From: Planctomycetota bacterium
GTDB taxonomy: Bacteria > Planctomycetota > GCA-002687715
Assembly: GCA_009691765.1 (NCBI GenBank)
Contig: SIAO01000008.1
Span: 16,535 to 80,534 of the forward strand
Length of the DNA: 64,000 nucleotides
Reading direction: 5' to 3'
Shown here: positions 60,254-64,000 of the stretch, one piece after another
Numbering within the stretch: position 1 is the stretch's first letter
How the letters are laid out: each line of letters begins with the position of its first letter
The notes under the pieces: model-generated
The model's input: only the letters and a program-made list of their open reading frames with translations
What the model was told of the DNA's origin: nothing
The model's database searches: none
Made by a program: the position numbers and the translations under genes

Positions 60254-60640
60254 ATGAGCTTTGTGGAGTTCGCTCAAGTGCCCCTCAATCCTTCATCCCT
60301 CGAAGTGCTCTCCGCACGCCGCCACCAGAGGCACAACTGCGACATACCGGTTTCATGGCAACTGCCGGGCCGCAAACTCACCGGACACTCGCGTCTGCTC
60401 AATCTCGGGCTTGGCGGTGCATGCCTTGAACTGCCATTCGCGATCACTGGCCCTGAGCCCCTCGAACTTTGTTTCACGCTCGATGATGGAGCAACCATCA
60501 CACTGAACAGCCGCATCATCTGGTCCAGCGGCGATGAGGATGTGCTGCCACGCCGCACTGGCGTTCAGTTTCAGAGCATGAGCGACGATGCGCGGCGAAG
60601 TCTCGACGCCTTCCTGCAGCGCGTTGCACACAAAGCCTGA
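60254..60640 (+). CDS. PilZ domain protein
   Basis: RRHQR (RxxxR) and NLGLGG motifs; GVQF. Confidence 0.85.
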   Translation: MSFVEFAQVPLNPSSLEVLSARRHQRHNCDIPVSWQLPGRKLTGHSRLLNLGLGGACLELPFAITGPEPLELCFTLDDGATITLNSRIIWSSGDEDVLPRRTGVQFQSMSDDARRSLDAFLQRVAHKA

Positions 60641-60701
60641 TCCTTCACAACCGCGTCTGAAGTGATTGGCGCGCCACTATGCCATCCGCTTCATGAAGTT
60701 C

Positions 60702-61244
60702 AGGTGTGCATCAGGCAAGTCTGCTGCGTTTGCCCCACAGCAATCGTGCCGCTGAAACTGTTGAACACACCCGGCAAGAGCGAGCTAGTTCCGTGCGTTG
60801 TCGTGGCTGTGCCAGCGAGCCGTCGCTGCCAAGGAAGAATCTCGCAGCGTTTCAGACGGCGACCGCACTCACTCCGAACTCATCAACGGCGCCATTGCCG
60901 TTACCACACTGTCCCGCGAGATTGCTGCCCCATGCCATGACAGTGCCATCGTTCTTGAGAGCGAGGCTGTGCCTGTCCCCGGCCGCAACGGCGATCACAC
61001 CAGACAGAATGCTCGGCGAGATCTGCTGGAATGTCGTGAACGTAGACAATGCTCCGTCAAGACCGAGTTGACCAACGTCATTGTGCCCAGCAGACAGCAC
61101 GGTGCCATTCCCTTGGAGCACAAGGGTGTGCAAAGTGCCCGCGCTGACACGAATCTCGGCCGATGATTGAAGCGGACACGACTGCGCCCACGAGAGAGTT
61201 GCAAGAAGGACGATGGCAACAAAGATGCTTGCGAAATCACGCAT
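60702..61244 (-). pseudogene. Truncated RCC1-repeat secreted protein
   Basis: Signal peptide; only about two RCC1 repeats (SAGTLHTL..GHNDVGQLG; AAGDRHSLALKNDGTVMAWGSNLAGQCG); stop at 60852; out-of-frame remnant LPGVFNSFSGTI downstream. Confidence 0.65.
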
Positions 61245-61433
61245 GTCGAACCCTCGGGCTCGCTGTTCGTCGGCGCATTGACACACTACATTTTCACTAG
61301 CCTTGCCCGGCTCCTGCACCGATGTTTATCAGCGCACAGAGCCTGCAAGCACAACTCCGATCAAGGAACCGAGGGGATTCTCAGCGTCGTGGGCGTTGAT
61401 GCTTGACGCACGCTCAAGAAGCACGCTGTGTTG

Positions 61434-62240
61434 TCAGCCCACTGCGGAAACGGCAACGCGACCCGTAGCGTCGAGCAGCGGCGTAGCACGGTCCTGCATG
61501 CTCAAACGGCGAGTGAACGAGCTTTGCGAACCGAGCGCCGCAATCATCGCTTGGCGCACGAGTTCTGTGGAGTTGTTCTCTTTCGAGAGATGCGCCAACA
61601 CCAAATGCCGCAAGTGTGGGTTTGCGTACTGCGCGATGGCTTGGGCTGCATCAGCATTGTTCATGTGGCCATGAAGGCCGCCCACGCGAGCGCGCAGCCA
61701 CGGAGGATAGGGCCCCTGTTCCATCATGCCGGAATCGTGATTGGCCTCGATGATGATGGCGGTGCAACGCCGAATCGCTGCCCCGACCGTGGCATCTACA
61801 TGCCCGAGGTCTGTGAAAAAACCCAGCGTCGCATCACCACAGTGCACGAGAAACGCTACAGGCTCCGCGGCATCGTGAGGCTTGACCACTGGCTCCACCA
61901 ACATCGGACCCACACGCACACTCTCGACACCCAGCTCTCGACACTTCAGCCCGTCAGTGCGCCCCTTACAGGCGCCGCGCGTGCCCTCGTTGATCCACAC
62001 TTCTGCACCGCTGCTTTGCGCCACACGCGCCACATGCTGCACATGATCGGCATGTTCGTGCGTAATGAAGATGGCCGTCGGCCGTGCGCTACAACCGATG
62101 GAGGTGATGCGTTCTTGTGTGGCACGCGCGCTAATGCCAGCGTCCAACAACAGACTCATACCGCCAGCTTGCACGAGTACGGAGTTTCCGGCGCTACCGC
62201 TACCAAGCACAGAAAACTGAAGTAGCTCCGACGCTGCCAC
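61434..62240 (-). CDS. MBL-fold metallo-hydrolase (YycJ/WalJ-like)
   Basis: LGSGSAGN, DAG, THEHADH, HDA, TDLG, EANHD, GHMNN, HLSKENN. Confidence 0.92.
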   Translation of the reverse strand: MAASELLQFSVLGSGSAGNSVLVQAGGMSLLLDAGISARATQERITSIGCSARPTAIFITHEHADHVQHVARVAQSSGAEVWINEGTRGACKGRTDGLKCRELGVESVRVGPMLVEPVVKPHDAAEPVAFLVHCGDATLGFFTDLGHVDATVGAAIRRCTAIIIEANHDSGMMEQGPYPPWLRARVGGLHGHMNNADAAQAIAQYANPHLRHLVLAHLSKENNSTELVRQAMIAALGSQSSFTRRLSMQDRATPLLDATGRVAVSAVG

Positions 62241-62313
62241 GCCCGCGTTCTACAAGGCGTTCGGAAGTGCGTCAATGCGATGTCAAGCGCGGAATCCTCG
62301 CTACAGTGCGCGC

Positions 62314-63324
62314 GTGGACACGAACGACTATCCGCGTTTCGGGCGCTACGTCTTGCGCATCCCTGCGCTCAATCTGATTCTCTCTGTGATTGGCCTGTTC
62401 TTCTTGGGGCAAGTCGTCCTCGAGCGCACTCTCAACTCGTGGGCTGGAACAGCAGGATTCGCCGGCAGCGAGATCAGCGGCATCACCTGTTGGGCGCTGG
62501 GTTCCAGCAGCGTGCGGTCCCTCACGGCCGGTGAGCCGTGGCGCCTTGTAGCCAGTGTTTTTCTGCACGCCGGCTTGCTGCACTTCGTTGTGAATGCATT
62601 CTCGCTGTGGCAGCTGGGGCGCGCCGTTCAAGTTCTGTTCGGCGGCACTCGCTTACTGGGCATTTTCTTGGCGACCGGTGTGGCCGCTTCACTGGCTTCA
62701 GATGCATGGTTTGCAATGCGCGGCTCAGCAGCCCCGAGCGTCGGCGCCTCGGGCGCGGTCTGCGGCCTCATGGGCCTCCTGCTTGCGCACATGCGCAGAC
62801 GCACAGACTACGCCGCACAACAATTCGGACGCCAGCTCATCGGCTGGGCGATCGTGAATGCTGCTATCGGCCTTCTCATTCCCGAGATCAACAACGCGGC
62901 CCATGCCGGTGGATTCATTGCGGGCTACGCGTTGGACTGGCTCATCGAAGGCCCGCATTCGCGCCGCAGCGCGCGCTTCACTGTTCCGGTCACAGGAGCG
63001 CTGGCCGCACTCTGCCTCGCAGCTCTGCTCTGGGCCGCAGTGGGTGCTGCCGACCGTTCGCAGCAACTACGCGACACCATGAATGCCCTCGTTAAGGCCG
63101 AGGCGGCCCTCAATGAAGCAGCTCCACTCGAACGACTAGGGGCACTGGCCAACGAATTGGAAACCGCGACGCGCGGTACCACCTTTGCACGTGACGGCGC
63201 CAAGACGGCTGACGCACTGCGCGGTGACGGATCGCGGCGCGAGAAGTTCAACGCGCTCGAAGCGCTCTACCGCCGCGCGTCAGAAGACTGCGGCGAGCCG
63301 ATACCGATTTCCGAAACCCGGTGA
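62314..63324 (+). CDS. Rhomboid intramembrane serine protease
   Basis: PWRL, FLHAGLLHFVVN, GASGA, NAAHAGG. Confidence 0.92.
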   Translation: MDTNDYPRFGRYVLRIPALNLILSVIGLFFLGQVVLERTLNSWAGTAGFAGSEISGITCWALGSSSVRSLTAGEPWRLVASVFLHAGLLHFVVNAFSLWQLGRAVQVLFGGTRLLGIFLATGVAASLASDAWFAMRGSAAPSVGASGAVCGLMGLLLAHMRRRTDYAAQQFGRQLIGWAIVNAAIGLLIPEINNAAHAGGFIAGYALDWLIEGPHSRRSARFTVPVTGALAALCLAALLWAAVGAADRSQQLRDTMNALVKAEAALNEAAPLERLGALANELETATRGTTFARDGAKTADALRGDGSRREKFNALEALYRRASEDCGEPIPISETR

Positions 63325-63399
63325 TTCGTGCGGGGTCACAAGACCCAAGCTCAAGTAAGGACGATTGTTGTTGCACGCGAATAAAAATCCCTCGGCGAG

Positions 63400-63690
63400 A
63401 TGCCTGCCAGGTAGCGCTGCGTCGTGCGGTGCTGGCTGACCACCATGCAGGAGCGACGCTCGGAGGCCCCGAACGATTCTTCAAGCTGATCAGTCCCACG
63501 CCGCCGCACTGCCGCTGCCAGCGATAGGAGGTCTGCTCACTCACTTCGTGCCGCTACAAGATTTGGCCAGATCCTCGCCTTGGCCAGCAGCCAGCTCAGC
63601 ATCACGCAGCTTCTTGATGATCTCGTCTGGGCCGCGTCGTTTGCGCTTCTTCAAGAGAGATTCACGGACCACTTTTCGGGGGGCAGGTCA
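63400..63690 (-). mobile_element. Degenerate IS3-family (IS407-like) remnant
   Basis: Left IR TGACCTGCCCCCCGAAAAGTGGTCC (63690-63666); frameshifted OrfA KKRKRRGPDEIIKKLRDAE...VSEQTSYRWQRQCGG; OrfB start SERRSCMVVSQHRTTQRY; no DDE domain. Confidence 0.85.
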
Positions 63691-63721
63691 CCTGCGCTCA
63701 CTTTTGGCGCAGCAAGGCCAC

Positions 63722-63763
63722 AAAAAGGTAGGGCTCTCAAGGTCACGCGACCCTGAGAGCCCT
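63722..63763 (-). terminator. Rho-independent terminator
   Basis: Minus strand AGGGCTCTCAGGGTC-gcgt-GACCTTGAGAGCCCT followed by ACCTTTTTG. Confidence 0.75.
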
Positions 63764-63890
63764 GCCCCTCGATCTCCGCCAAGCTCCCCTGCCATCAGGT
63801 GCCAACCCTGTGTCGGTCCCCGATAAAGCCCGGCGGCTCTTATTCCATCCAGCCCCTTGGGGCGGGCCGCACCGAAGTGCGGCGGTTGTG
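63722..63890 (-). ncRNA. Candidate structured ncRNA of unknown class
   Basis: CATAGT -10-like element upstream; UUCG hairpin; long imperfect rod; terminator; no credible ORF. Confidence 0.35.
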
Positions 63891-63942
63891 TCCACTATGA
63901 AATGCGCGCGGAGGAGGAAAAACGGCGTAGAAATCTTGCTCG

Positions 63943-64000
63943 CTACGCGCTCAAGCCGAGGCTCTTGGCCAGAGAAGACTTACGCACGGTTTCGAGCACC
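63943..64000 (-). CDS. Possible 3' end of a gene entering from the right edge
   Basis: ...VLETVRKSSLAKSLGLSA-TAG; too short to identify. Confidence 0.35.
   Translation of the reverse strand, partial: VLETVRKSSLAKSLGLSA

Noticed and set aside
60852-60854. Sec read-through of the RCC1 gene TGA
   Set aside because: The continuing frame is not RCC1-like and the plausible remnant is in another frame, which fits deletion or decay.
63788-63812. UGGCACC T-box-like motif (minus) or GGTGCCAA SAM-I-like motif (plus)
   Set aside because: No recognisable specifier stem, SAM-I elements are in the wrong order, and no suitable downstream gene.
1-64000. CRISPR array, rRNA, prophage or intact transposase/integrase
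   Set aside because: No spaced repeats, rRNA-like segments or hallmark genes seen.

Overview
GC-rich bacterial chromosome window, most likely Planctomycetota. The evidence is a DUF1549/DUF1553 cytochrome plus DUF1501 pair, a PVC-type heme-binding dehydrogenase, a sulfatase with its FGE, and many secreted proteins. It holds about 45 genes: hrpB, two GT4s, M1 and M14 peptidases, a CotH-VTC-DUF4956 operon, an APC permease with TauE, a CzcBAC-type heavy-metal RND cluster with a His-rich leader ORF, tRNA-Arg(CCT), tRNA-Met(CAT), an orphan adenine methyltransferase, aroF-pentaheme cytochrome-fbaB-cysQ, ECF sigma/anti-sigma with a broken VIT-vWA gene, wbpB/D/E-like genes, an SDR/radical SAM fusion, PilZ, an MBL hydrolase, a rhomboid and an IS3 remnant. 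The most striking feature, missed by the ORF track, is a minus-strand gene (50029-50943). Its SD and signal peptide are followed in frame by TGA-TGA, a SECIS-like hairpin and a thioredoxin-like domain, making it a candidate exported vicinal Sec-Sec selenoprotein. Other leads are the CotH-VTC-DUF4956 module (possible polyphosphate export coupled to extracytoplasmic phosphorylation), a C-terminal domain shared by unrelated proteins, a GAF-Fis regulator without an AAA+ domain next to a palindromic site, several probably leaderless genes, and a structured ncRNA candidate near the right end. All family calls come from motif recognition by eye; no searches were run.
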